The notes beneath the pieces are model-generated. The model was not told the origin of the DNA, did not search any database, and saw only the letters and a program-made list of their open reading frames with translations. From Amoebophrya sp. A120 (lineage: Eukaryota > Protista > Dinoflagellata), in contig CAJINV010000007.1 of assembly GCA_905178155.1 (NCBI GenBank), positions 62,001 through 126,000 on the forward strand: DNA of 64,000 bases. The letters run 5' to 3'. Of the stretch, positions 22,374 through 34,877 are shown piece after piece (position 1 is the first letter of the stretch; every line of letters starts with the position of its first letter). The translations under genes and the position numbers were made by a program.

Positions 22374-24401
22374 CTACGGCGCGCCATATGTCAACCAGGG
22401 GTCAAACACTGGAACTGGTCGTGGCGCCACCAGCTTTATCTCCAATGTCAGCAAGTACTCTTCGCCCTGCTCCTGTTGGGGTCCGCTCGGACTCGGGTTC
22501 TCCACCTCCACTTTTGCAGCCTGCATTCTGAGGTACGTTCCAGTCCGAAAGCCGGCATCGTCGGTGTAATCCAGAGGGGCTTCAAAGGCAAGGCCGAGAA
22601 AGTCGAAAGCTGCTAAAATTTCCTGAGAAAGACGCACGGGCTCCATCATATTAACCGCGATCCCATTTGGGCCCATCAAAAATCCAAATTCGGCGCGCGG
22701 CCCATCAGCTTCCTTCACCCCAAAGGCAAATCCAAATTCGGCGCGTGGCGGCACTGCTTGCAGCCCGGTCTCGAGGATCTTCAGAAGTTTCGGATAGGCA
22801 CTGTATGGGGTTCTCAAACGTTACACTCTCAAATGTTAATACATGATTTGTCATGTAAGTTTGCCATGAGTACCTACATGATCAAGCTGCTTCGCATGAC
22901 AAGTTCGCGACTCGCAAAATAGGATTAGAATCTCAATCTGTGCCAACCCTGTAGTGCAAAAGGCGCAATCTTCCCCCTTTCGATTTTGGCACTCTTGCAT
23001 TACAAACTCACGCAACAGTTGAGAATGTAAACATTTGAGAACGCCATACACTGCGTTGAGCCCGTCGAGCTAGTCCACGGGGATCTTCACCAGCATAATT
23101 TCCGTACCGATCATCATGCCACGTCGGAAGATAAGGTTGCAGCAACTCTGCCAGCAGGAGCGACTCCTCCGGCTTCGATTCTCGAGGGCGGGAAAGTAAC
23201 CCGGCAAAGGTTTTGTCTACCGCAGCGAGTTTGGGATGAAAAGGCCCCGCCCGCTCTGCACGCTTCTGCTATCCCAGGCAAAAGTTTTTATATCGCACTC
23301 GTACTTCTATCTAGTAATCGCAGCCACGCATGACAGATCTATGGTCTATGGACCACAATCCGCCTATTATACAAATTCCATTCTTTCTTGTCATGCGATT
23401 TAGATACTATACCAAGTGCGAAGATGCTTTTGCAATGGGTATCCGCTTGACCGCAGCAAAGGCTTCAACTAACTTGCGCAATTCTGTGCCCAATTCTTGC
23501 GCGCGATCCACATATTAAAGTGAAAACTGCCACCCACCCCTGAAATTGCAAAAATTTGCGATGCGAAGTTTCCAAATGAAAACTTTTTGTCATGCATGAA
23601 AGGAGTATGAATCTTTCTGATGCAGAGCCTAGGCGTGTATCGCATCGCTTGCATGACAAGCGCCGCTCTTGCTGGGGTCTTTTGCAATACAAATTTTTTC
23701 TATTCACGATTGGAAACCTGTAATGCTGATAGATGCAAGAGGGCGAGTGTTTCACTTGGTGGAAAGGCTTGCAATACAAATGCTCCCAAGTTCGGGGGTG
23801 GGGGCATTTTTCATTGTGATACCACATACGGCAAGTTCCATGGAGCATTCGTACACGTTGCACGAAGCAGGTTCCTATCAACTGCAAATATGTCTGGGTC
23901 TGGAAGGGTGTAAACTTGTCATGCAGGTTTCCCATGAGCATGACCTGACCCATGAGGTTTGGAATGCGGGACCTAGCACTACAGAGTCCGCGAGGTCTCT
24001 GTCATGCCTATCCTGCATGAGAAGCTCCCTCCCAACTTGGTCGAAAGTGGACAGGCAACCACAACACAGATTCATTTTTGCATGATTCGGATTTAGAATG
24101 ACAAGCCGCAATCTTCCAGACACAGACACTTTTGCATTTGATACTTCCGAAAATGGGCTGCGACTTTCCGCGTGTCCGCCCCCGGGGGCGGGGCGCTGCC
24201 GGCCGCAACTCTTTCTAGCACTGGTTCCGGAAGATCTGCCAACGACATTTTTGGAGACGTTCCGTGATTCTCCGCGGCTCGGCAGCCAAGCGGCGCCATC
24301 ATCCCCGTCACCGAAAAACCAACAAGAAACACCATGGAACCAACAACGCTCGTCGTGGGACTCAGCACACGACCACGGCAGGCGTGCAGCAACGTCGGCA
24401 T
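22374..24401 (-). CDS. Signal-peptide + F-box-like protein, paralog B; 4 introners
   Basis: First ~85 aa nearly identical to paralog A. Spliced frame is continuous (HFRNLLRATC..FHPKLAA..EESLLLAELLQPY..LLKILE..LTYGAP*). Confidence 0.75.
22804..23048. mobile_element. Introner F6
   Basis: TSD CACTG. Confidence 0.9.
23270..23441. mobile_element. Introner F2 (shared with paralog A)
   Basis: TAT..GTA; TSD TCTGC/TCCGC. Confidence 0.85.
23513..23821. mobile_element. Introner F10
   Basis: TSD CCACA. Confidence 0.85.
23876..24143. mobile_element. Introner F1 (absent in paralog A)
   Basis: TSD GTTCC/CTTCC. Confidence 0.9.
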
Positions 24402-25565
24402 TCTGTTGCGGGCTACAACTTGATGTTTCTTTGCTGCCTCTATAATTATTTGCTGTTTCTGCTACTAGTGCAAGTTGCTCGATAGTTCTGTCACTGGTTC
24501 TTATATCCTGGCGTTGAGAGTTTTACTTTCTTTGCCAGGAGCACGATGAAGCTGCACTAGTACTAGATGAGCTGCCGCTGCGGCTTACAACTATTATTAA
24601 TTTGTGTGTAGGAAAATAAAACAAGTAAAAAAATGGCACTGACGCCGCTCGCTTGTGCTCTTGATTCGTACTACGTAAAAGAAGTTCAGGCTTGGTGGAA
24701 GACAAAGATTAAGATAGTTGTTGGCGATAATGATATATGTACTGCAACTGTTGCTGTTCTTACGTTTCAACGTTATAACTCCTGCGAGGTACGTACGTGA
24801 CAGAACACAACCAGGATGAAGATTTTGTTCTCACGCGACGTCACATTTTCGAAGTGGAGACTGTCTGCAGTCATGTGTTTACATTTTCATTGCCCGGATC
24901 GTCGTGGTGGTCATCGATGGATTGTGTCCATGTCGTTCAAAAATACATAACCGATTTTCATGACGGATGGTGGATCTTTATCCTGAAAATTGTCTGTTTC
25001 TTTGGCCGATCATCATTGTCATTCGGCTGTGACAAGGATCACATATAGTTTTCGCTTATCACCTCCACGGGATGTTGATAGTAGAACTTTGCATTTGGAA
25101 TTTTGTACTTGGTTGAGAGCTGGTGCCGGGCATCAAGGGATCGCTTCTTGATCCTTACGACCCCCGGCAAGCTGCCCGGCGGAAAAAACGAACAAGAACA
25201 CGACAAATATAAAAAAACTGGAAAGAAGATCATGCGCTTCGGCTACTTTTGTTCCTGTTTTTCCTTTTCGCTCCTTGTTCTGCTTCGAAAATATTAAATC
25301 ATGTTCATGTAGTTGTTTTCCTTTTGGACATCGAGAGCTGATGTTTTCGCTCCTACTTTGTTCAGAAGCATCATCACCGAGCAGCATACTGGCACTGATG
25401 GAGGCTCGTTCTTTGTCGGAGGTCTTCGAAGCAGTTGATTCTACTTGCAGTGGGTAAGTTTTGCTTCAGTGACATTAATCATGCATCCTCACACGTGGAG
25501 TTTTAGCGTTTTCAATTTTTCAACTTGGCTTCTACTTCGCGTTGACCATAGGATCTCATATTTTA

Positions 25566-28500
25566 TTACCTCCTCGCCCCCCTTTCCTTCGAGTACACCC
25601 GAAACTTCGGCGATGGCCCTCTGGCTCTCGGCTTGATCTTCTTCAGTTGCGGCTTCAGCAACTCCGCCGCAAGTTCCTCTCCCAGTTTAAAAAACTCGGC
25701 CTTCTTCGCCTCTTCGTCGTCCTTTTCCGTGGAGTCTTTACTATTTGTCGCTCCTTTCTCTTTATTCTTCTCCTTGGTTTTCTTGGTAACTTCCAACGCT
25801 TTCTTCACCAAGTCAAACTTATCTTCCTCGTCTCGCTCTCGAATATGTTTCGGCGCTTGCTGCAGTAGTTCTACTTTGGGAGCAGATTTAGCAGTCTTGT
25901 AGTTCTCCTGCAGCTGATCTTCCTTGTCCTCGCCGGCGCCAGCTTTTTTCGTAGCCGCGTGATCGTCATCTTCAGGCTTGTTGTTATGCTCTTGATCAAC
26001 ATGATGTTCTCCGGCAACCGCAGCGGTTGACGAGTCTACTTTTTGGTTCATCTATGGCGTTCTCAAATGTTACATCCTCAACTGTTACATGATTTGTCAT
26101 GCAAAACCCCAATCAGATTCGACGCGATCAAGCTGTTGCGCATGACAAATTCTTGAAGGTCCAAACAGGCTGAAGATCTGTCATGCAAGACGCGCAAGAT
26201 CTCCCCTATCACTTTTGCCATTCTTGCATCACAAATTCATGTAACAGTTGAGAATGTAACAGTTGAGAACGCCATATCATCTCCGCAGTTGTTGTAGCAT
26301 CTCCGTGGTTTTGTCGACCCTCGGCGCGTATCAAGTGCAAAAATGCCTGGGTCTGGAAGGTTAGAACTTGTCACGCTAAATCTGAATGATGCAAAAATCT
26401 GTGTTGCGTGAGTACCGAAAGCTGTCCGCTTTTGACCAAGTTGAGAGGGAGTTTCTCATGCAGGAAAGGCATGATAGAGACCTCAAAAAATCTGTCATGC
26501 TGGGTCTCGCATTCCAGACCTCATGGGCCATGGAAAACCTGCATCACAAATCTTGCACTCTTCCAGACCCAGACATTTTTACATTTGATACCGCGCCCCG
26601 GATCTTGTTCTTCGTCCTTCTTGATCATTCCTGCTGTCGTATCACAGAAAAAAATGCTATATGTTTAAACGGAATTTGTGATGCAGTAACACATCGCAAA
26701 ACGTGCACAAATTTGTCATGCGTAGCATGCATGCCAGGAAAGATTTTTCATGCATATTTGAAATCTGTGAAAACCGTTTTTAACGTAAAACACTTTTTTG
26801 TTTGATATGTCGTCTTTTCATCGCCGTCATTCTCGTCTTTCTTCCGTTCCTTCAGAACCACCCTGCTCAGCCCCGCCGTCCGAATCTCCTCCTCTTCAGA
26901 ACTCGACAAAACATCATCCTTATCAGCGAACGCGTCCAACGCTAAGTCGCCTTCGTTCTGCGGTAGGTCCGCATCCTCATTCCCCCGCTTGCTCCTGATG
27001 CCAGTTGTGCTCGCCCCCTTCTTGCCCTTGCCCTTGTCAACACTGTTCATCTTTCCTCGGCCCTTATTGCCGCGGTCCCGACGGTTGTCGCGAGAGGAAT
27101 CTCGTCTGCGGCGGCGATCCTCGAAGGATCCGCGCCGGTCGCGAAAGCCGTACATGCCTCCGCGTCCTCCTCCGCCGCGACGGCCAAAGGACCGTCTTAT
27201 GCAGTGCAAAAGTATCGCACTCGCATAAATGCATTACAAATTCCCTCAGCACGAGAAATAAAATTTGTAATGCTGATTTACCTCGGGGAAAATATTTGTA
27301 ATGCATGATTGCAATACGAGAACGATACTTTTGCACAGGATACGTCTGTTTCCACCGCCGCGCCCGCTCCGCCGACGAGAATCTGACCTCGATCGCGCGT
27401 TCCTCCTACGTGTTCTTCGGCGGTCGCTGCTATCAAATGTAAAAATGTCTGGGTCTGGAAGAATGCAAGTTTGTCATGCTTGTCTCGCGTGACTCTGGAA
27501 TCTGTCATGCGTGAGCAGGAAAGCAGCCTCTTACCTGTCATGCAAAAACGCAGTTTGTCATGCGGGAAGCGAAACATATAGGAGCTCAGAAACTTGTCAT
27601 GCGTGGCTGCGTAACGCAGTGCGCCTACCATGCACAAACTAGCAGTACAAGTTTCCAGACCCAGACATTTTTGCATTTCATAGCTGCCGGACCGAGAGCG
27701 TGATCTCCTCCTCCGTGGCCCACTTCCACCACGACGACCGCGTCCTCGAGAATTTTTACCCGACCTGGATATGCATTGCAAAAGTATGGCACTCGTACTA
27801 ATTGCAGACATGCATGACAAATCGCCTTTCTTAGCTACAACAGCATTACAAATTCCATTTGTAGTGCTAAGCTAATTAGTCATGCAATTTATACTAGTAC
27901 GATAGTACTTTTGCACAGGATACTGGACCGACTCCGTTTATTTTCCTTGGACCTCGAGCCTTTGCCCCGCGAGGACTTGCTCCGGGACGAAGAAGAGTAT
28001 GCAGATTGCAATAGCATCGCAGTCGTAGTATTCGCAATAATGGTGAATGACAGATCTAGTATCTTCCTTGTGGTCGTGGTGTGCACGAACTAATATTACC
28101 ATTACAAATTCATTCCAGTATTTTCATCATGCTGACAAAATTTTCTACTAGAACGATACTTTTGCATTGCGTAAAGAGGTTCCACCTGACTGCCCGCGCC
28201 GGCGGGAGTGGCTGCGACTCCGGAGCTCTACTTTATCAAAAGTAAAAGTGTCTGGGTCTGGAAACTTGTGATGCTGGGTGGCGTCTCATGATGAGGCTAC
28301 AGATGCTGGCTCAGCATGACAAGTTTCTGAGCTCCTAGGTGTTGCCTATTCTGCATGACAAACTGCGCTTCTGCATCACAGAAAAGCGGAGCTCTTGGGT
28401 AACGTGCATGACAGATTTAAGAGTCATGCCAGACAAGCATGACAAACATTAATTCTTCCAGACCCAGACATTTTTACAGTTGATATACTTTCGGCCTGGA

Positions 28501-31500
28501 CAACTTCTCGTTTTTTTCTTTTTCTTTACTCTGTTCTCGAATTATATTTTTCGACGTCGTAGCTTTATTTTCCTTTTTCGCAGCTAGTTTCTCGTCTAAT
28601 TGCCTGCTTTGCTTTTATGCAATGCAAAACTATCGTACTAGTACAAATAGCATGACAAATTGTTGCACAGGGAAAAATAGAATTTGTAATGCTGATTGAG
28701 GTACAGTGGTAGATCTGTCATGCAAGACTGCCACTTCTCATACGAGTACGATACTTTTGCACAGGATAGCTTTTTCGCCTCCTCGATTTTCGCCTTCAGA
28801 TAGGCAATCTTTCTCTCCCGGGAAGCCGTTTTGCGGTTTGGGTCTTTGTTCGCGGCTCCATTCTTTTTGTTCGCAGAAGTGGGGGCAGGAGCTCCTGTGC
28901 TGGATTTAAGTTTCTTCGCTTTAGATTTCGATTTCGATTTGGATTTTGACTTCTTGCGGCCCTCCAACTTGCTCTTCTTGTTTTTCTTCTTCTCACGACT
29001 GGCACCACGACGACCTCCGCTGCTCGAGAGGCTACTTGATGTTCCACCTTCGCTGTCAGTTTGTTCCTTTTCGTCCTCGCTAGTTGTACCGTTGGAATAT
29101 CCTGTGCAAAAGTATCGTACTCGTACTAATCGCATTCATGCATTACAAATCTCTTGCTTAAAGGTAAATCCGCATTACAAATTTTATTTGTCAACATGCT
29201 GGGGAAATTTGTAATGCATTTATACGAAAAATACAATACTTTTGCAATGCATATGGAAGTATGATCACCGCCCGAGGAAGACGACGAGTTATCCTCGTCT
29301 CGGTGGTCAGCAGAAGACTCATCTTTGTCAGTGACGTCACTCGCAGATGGCATCTCTTCTTCAGGGTGTGAAGAACCACCGGAGGAAACAGCTCCACGAC
29401 GAGCAGGACTTTTCTTGCCACCGGCGGCTGCTTATGCATTGCAAAAATATTATCGTACTCGTACTGATCGCGTTTATGCATTACAAATCTCTTTGTTAAG
29501 GCAAATCCGCACTACAGCTTCAATTTGTAATGCTAAGTGAATTTGTAATGCAATTTATACTAGTACGATACTTTTGCACAGGATACTGCTCTCTTTTTCT
29601 CTACTTCGCCTTCACTGGCGCTGCTAGAGGAGGCGGCCGCAGAGCTGCTGTTGTCCTTTGTCTTCTTTTTGGTCTTCTTTTTCTCGTCCCCCTTGGACGC
29701 ATGTGCTTGTTCTTTCTCCTGACTCACTTTCCGTTTCTTCTTCTCGCGTTTGTTCTTTTTGTCGTCGTCGCTGCCTACTTCGCTGTGCCTGTGCGCCGGT
29801 GAAAGAATTTTTTCCTTCATCGCGCTATTTTTGATTTTGTCCTCAGGTTTATCTTGTTGTTGACCCGAGCCTGCTCGTCCCGATGGAGGTTCTTGTCCTT
29901 CATTCTTCATCGTAGCTGCACTCTTCTTGTTCGTGGTCTCATCACGACTGCGTTCTTTTTTCGTCTTCTTCTGAACATGATTTTCCCTGGGAGAGGAGGA
30001 GCGATCTTCCTCCCCAGCATCATGACTTGAAGAATCTTCATGGTCCACCTCCGAGGAAGATCTGCCTTTTCGCTTGCGCTTCAAAGTCTTTTTCTGCTTC
30101 TTTGCCTTCTTGGAGCTCCTGGTCGTGCGGCCATGATCATCTCTATTCTTCTTTGTTCTTGTTTTTCCACTAGGAACAGCATCATCTACAACATCGCTAG
30201 CACTACTAGCATCATGGTCTTCATCCTCTACTTCTACCCTTTCCTTGCTCCTTTTCAACGTCGCCGCTCGTTTCTTTTCCTTCTTCAATTTCTTTTTTTC
30301 CTTCTTCGACAGGCGCTTGTTCTTTTCTTCATCTCGATCTCGTCCAGAGGAGGAGGAGCCGCTGCTGCTCCTTTTGCCGCCGCTCCTGTGCTTCTTTCGC
30401 AGGTAGTTTTTCTTTTCCGCTTTAATATTCCCCCGTGATCGTCCTCCTGCTCGGGAAGAAGATGAGTCAGAACCTTTGCTTTTGTTCCTCGCGGCCGTCT
30501 GCTCGTAGTTTCGGTCGTCACCACGACGGCGGCGGCGGCCACGCGAATGATTAATATTCGAGGAGCGCCGAGAAGTTGTTGTATCCCGACCGCGGCCGGT
30601 AGAACCTTCTTTATTCCGCTTCTTCTCGGCGTCCAATCTCTTTTTTTCCTTTGCTTTTTTCTCCTCCTCATCCTCACTGGAGCTCATGTCGTCCGTGTGG
30701 AAATCGCTCGCGTTCTTTTTCTCGTCTTCCTGCGAACTGAAAACAACTTCAAACTTCCGCGGCTTCGGGTGTCTTTTCTTCGCGTTCTTTATGCAGTGCA
30801 AAGGCATCGTATTCGTTGTATATATAAATGCATTACAGGTTTCTTCAGCATGAGAAATAAAATTTGTAATGCTGATTTACTTTAAGAAAAATATGCATGA
30901 CTGGAATACGAGTACGATGCTTTTGCATTTCATATCCTTCTCCCGCTGGCGATTTTTTTCTTGCTCCTTCACCATCACATTGTCCTCTCCCAGCAAGACT
31001 TTTGTCGTCAAAAGCGGCTTATCCTTTGCAAAAGCATCGTATTCGTATAAATGCAAGTCTTGCATTACAAATCTTTTTCTTAAGGCAGATCTGCATTACA
31101 AATTTTATTTCTCACGCTGAGAAAATTATTTGTAACGCATTTATACGAGTACGATACTTTTGCAGTTCATACGGCTCTGGTGCTTTCACTTTCACCTTAT
31201 TCTTCTTCTCTTCTTTTTCCTTCAGACGCTTGTTGTCGATTTTCTGCTTGCGCAGCTCCGCTTGCACCTTTTCAATCTGCAGATCCAACTTCTTGATCTT
31301 TTTCTTTCGGCGCTTTTTCTTGTCCTCGTCAGAGCCAGACTCCGGCTCCGCCGCAAGCTCCTTCGCGATCTGTTTTTATACTTGATTTTATATTTTTCCA
31401 AAGATTTTGCCGCGACGGTCGAGAACCAGCAAGTAATATCCTTTTCCACAAAAGGTTCATCTAGCATTTATTTTCATGTGGTGAACTCATCTTTCGCCAC

Positions 31501-32563
31501 CTGTTTGCCTTCGCGAGTCGTGGCGAATGCCTTTGATCTTACGAATGCGCTTGTACTTGTTCTAGTTTCGATGCAATATCATTGAGCCAGAAGGAAAAAA
31601 AAAACTTCTTGATTTTATAGATACCTCTTCCTTCTCTTGCTCCCGTGCCTCTTCCTCCCTTTTTCGCCGTTCCCGCTCTTTCTCATACTTCTATGCAATA
31701 CAAATTATTACCGTACTAGCACACATAATGAAACATACACACACAAAGCGCAGTTACAAATTTCGACATCAACTTAGAAAGAAGATGAGTGTGTAGCTAC
31801 TTGTCATGCGGAAGAGGGTGGAAGGCAAACTTTGTCATGCGGTGACCGCATTGGAGTCATCTTCGTCAGGTGCTCGTACGATTCATCTTTGCCGTGGGTA
31901 ACTTGGTTTCCAGGTCCAGCTCGGTCTCGCAGGCGGCGCCCTCGTGCACTTCCTCTCCGTACCAGGCACAAATCTGCCGAAAAACGTCCACCGCTTGGTG
32001 GCTGCAGTCGATAAAGGCCGCGTCGCCGGGGTAATAGTATTTCTTGATCTCGTTTCCGAATTTTGACCAGGGAAACCCGAGCCCATGCTTTCTCCCGCAC
32101 ATTTTTCCCAAGTTAATCAAGTATCCCGAGGAAAAACTACGGGGCCCACACCGCAGAGTCGTCAGGTAGATGGGGATTTTGCAACACGAACCTAGAAGCT
32201 CAAGCTTTGGGAGCCCTCACGCAGGAGCATGATAGACATAAACAGAATGTGCTAGTACTTGGGAGTCACGCATGACAATGTAGAAGTGCAGGTGAGCAAG
32301 GACAGCCGCATTGCAAATCCATCTGCTGATCCTGTTTACACCATTGCAAATTCCAAAATGCCTATCTTCATGGGGATGCGCATCACAAGTGTTCCCTGTC
32401 ATTGCAGACCTGCATGACAACTCTGGTCGGGTGGGGACATTTTTACACAGGATATCAAGTCCCGGGCCTTCTCTTCGTCCTTGCAGCCGGGTTTGATGCG
32501 CTGCTTGAGAAACTGCATCAGCAGATGCTTCTTCTCTCGCCGCACATCCTTGGAGGTGCCCAT
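25566..32563 (-). CDS. Large low-complexity K/R/S/E-rich protein with RS- and RGG-like segments; 15 introners plus a GT-AG intron (31370-31624)
   Basis: Starts MGTSKDVRREKKHLLMQFLKQRIKPGCKDEEKARDLINLGKMCG, and exons join in frame under the TSD rule. The 3' end is uncertain (a further exon near 25450-25133 is possible). Confidence 0.75.
26053..26276. mobile_element. Introner F6
   Basis: TSD TCATC. Confidence 0.9.
26329..26590. mobile_element. Introner F1
   Basis: TSD GCGCG/CCGCG. Confidence 0.9.
26640..26807. mobile_element. Introner F3-like
   Basis: TSD TGTCG. Confidence 0.85.
27198..27342. mobile_element. Introner F2
   Basis: TSD CGTCT. Confidence 0.9.
27431..27682. mobile_element. Introner F1
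   Basis: TSD GCTGC. Confidence 0.9.
27770..27922. mobile_element. Introner F2
   Basis: TSD CTGGA. Confidence 0.9.
27998..28173. mobile_element. Introner F2
   Basis: TAT..GTA; TSD AAGAG. Confidence 0.85.
28234..28485. mobile_element. Introner F1
   Basis: TSD TACTT. Confidence 0.9.
28616..28768. mobile_element. Introner F2
   Basis: TSD GCTTT. Confidence 0.9.
29098..29253. mobile_element. Introner F2
   Basis: TSD TGGAA. Confidence 0.9.
29433..29585. mobile_element. Introner F2
   Basis: TSD CTGCT. Confidence 0.9.
30790..30934. mobile_element. Introner F2
   Basis: TSD TTCTT/TCCTT. Confidence 0.9.
31020..31171. mobile_element. Introner F2
   Basis: TSD CGGCT. Confidence 0.9.
31692..31900. 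mobile_element. Introner, degenerate F2-like
   Basis: TAT..GTA; TSD ACTTC/ACTTG; removal restores frame. Confidence 0.75.
32122..32454. mobile_element. Introner F5
   Basis: TSD TCAAG. Confidence 0.85.
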
Positions 32564-34877
32564 TTTCTACAACTTGCGTTTCAAGGCACAAATAGTCTCG
32601 CCAGAAGCGATTCTTTTCGTTTATTTTCTCCACTCCAAAAGTAAATATGTTCCCAGAAGAAAAGATAAGGAGGCGAAGAAGGTGCAACTACATGGGCTAC
32701 ATAAACTGCACTGAGATGACACCAGGGTTTCAAAAATTTCTAGGCGGAATTGAGCTGAAGATGGGATGTCACTCTGGTCGTCCTTCTATACTAGAACTTA
32801 GTCCTTCTAAACGGAGCTGCGACTCTTACTTGTCCAACCAGCACGGACGACGGATACGACAGTACATAAGCTGAAAATGAAAAAATGTTTGTAGAAGAGG
32901 TATGATTTTTCATCTTTTCTATACTGTTGATGTTTCGTCGAAGATTTTTGAACGACTCACCTGTACAGGTAGACCTTGACGGAACATATTTCGAGCTGCA
33001 AGCTTTGAACATATTATCTTCTTAGCAAGTAGCGACTTCGAACATTTGATTGATATCGACGTCTGGATCTGCATTTCTTGCAGAACGGAAGAATCATTTG
33101 AAAGCGTCCATTTATAGCACTTTCTAGTACAGAAAGCAGTCGATTTCGTTTCAGTGCATTTTTGATGTCTCTTATTTTTCATCGATGCAAGGAGTAGACG
33201 AGCATGAAAATAATACGTGGTCGGCGATCGTGTTTACTAGTGTACTCTCTTTGCTCTTTTGCTACATACAAACCTCGGACAAAAAGGGCGTCGGTCCGTG
33301 AGGACGAGCAAGCAACAGTAAAAAATTGCGAAGATCTTCCTAAACGCTGTTCCTCCTGATGATCACTTTGACTTTCAGAAAGACAGAACTTCTTGTCCTC
33401 TTTCACCAGCTCGGCAAGACTTGGCTCAGGGCCTGGTCGTGTTGTTGAACACTTTATCGACTTCTTCAACTTCAAATTCTATCTGGATCAAATGCTTGCT
33501 CTGTTTATTCCCTTTCATTCTTGAACATCCTCAAAGAGAGCGCATGGGGTGCTGTCTCCGGACCTGCGGTCCTCGCATAGTTGGGCTGGATGTTCAAAGT
33601 GCCTTTTGCTCTACACAACAGAGTTGAGAGCTCTTCCTTTTTTCACAGTAAGTTTCCTGTGGTGGCGGGATGTGTGGCTGCAACTAACCGAAAGCATGAT
33701 CTCGGTGTTATTTCACCACCATAAAGATAAATCCACACTCACGCTGCTGGATATTCGAATTACTTTTTGCTCTATACACCCACGCGACAGAGCTGAGAGC
33801 TCGTCTTTTTCTTATGGTTTCCTGTGGTGGTATGTCTGTGTCGCATGACATAATCAATGATAATTTTTCGTGAGCATACATTTCACCGCCATAAACCCAC
33901 ATTCACTTTGTCGTGTTTAGCTTGTTGTTTACAATTACAGGCTCGACTCGAGTAGACCTCGTGGTCGTGTCATGTAGTTGGACAAGAATTCTTGGCAACA
34001 GGGAACAACTAAAAAGTACTTCTCGAGTAGGTGGTCTAAACCCACCTCGTGGTCGTGTCATTTAGTTTTAGTTGGACAATTGGCACCAAGGAACTAAGCT
34101 GTTCTTAAAATAACTCGAAAGAAGTCGGAGTTCTTCATGTACTTCCTTCGTAACATATATATTAAAAATGAAGCTGGCTATAACATTAACCTCGCAATAA
34201 GCTCTCGCACCACCCCTGTGCAAGACAAAGAAAGACAATTCCTTGTCCTTGCCTTTTTGCTTGCAGTGTGCTCGTCGAGAACAAATAACGAAAGGATTTT
34301 GCTTTTACAGTTGTTGTTCTCAAGATGTTTGTAGTGCCGTTTTGTAGCATGCGCTGTCATCGCATGCTAAGTCACACATTATACATAGATACATTTAATA
34401 AAATAGAGAAAAACGTACGCAGCTCGCGAAATTTTCAGAAAAGAAGTCGTTTGTCATTTTTATTTCGAGAACTCATGATGGCATGCGAAATCTGTTATTT
34501 CTCGGAGAGAAATTGTTGTATGGAATAGTGCATTTTCGTCCTTTCGCGTTGCAATAGAAGTACAGAGTTTTGTCAACATATTAGGGCCAACAAGGCTAAA
34601 AAAGTTGTGTAGTTGTGCCGTAACGTAAAAAATACTTGGCTCTGTTTGCTTTGATGCCTCCTGGTGTTGGGATATTAAAGACTTAGAGGTAGACTTTCAC
34701 AGCAACCGTCATGCAGTGATGCCATGCTTCTGTTCTTCTACTCTCGTCAAAGATATAAAAAAACGAGCAAACTCTAGCTTTGCTTTTACTACGTAAAGCT
34801 GATTTTAGGCAACGCTTGCTTATCCATTTTATGAAAGAGCATCAAGTTGATGATGATGATGTTACCCAGTAAAGGGT

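Larger units (their letters stand above)
21500..24440. repeat. Segmental duplication: matches ~13400-16500, with flanking matches at 10736-10820 and 24960-25400
   Basis: Shared blocks such as TCTAGACATGATCGAGAGCTGAT, CCGAGAAGCATACTGGCACTGTAGGCAGG and ATAGTTTTCGCTTATCACCTCCACGGG. Confidence 0.85.

Noticed and set aside
33957-34080. ~30-bp direct repeat as a mobile-element footprint
   Set aside because: Looks like a simple, decayed local tandem duplication.
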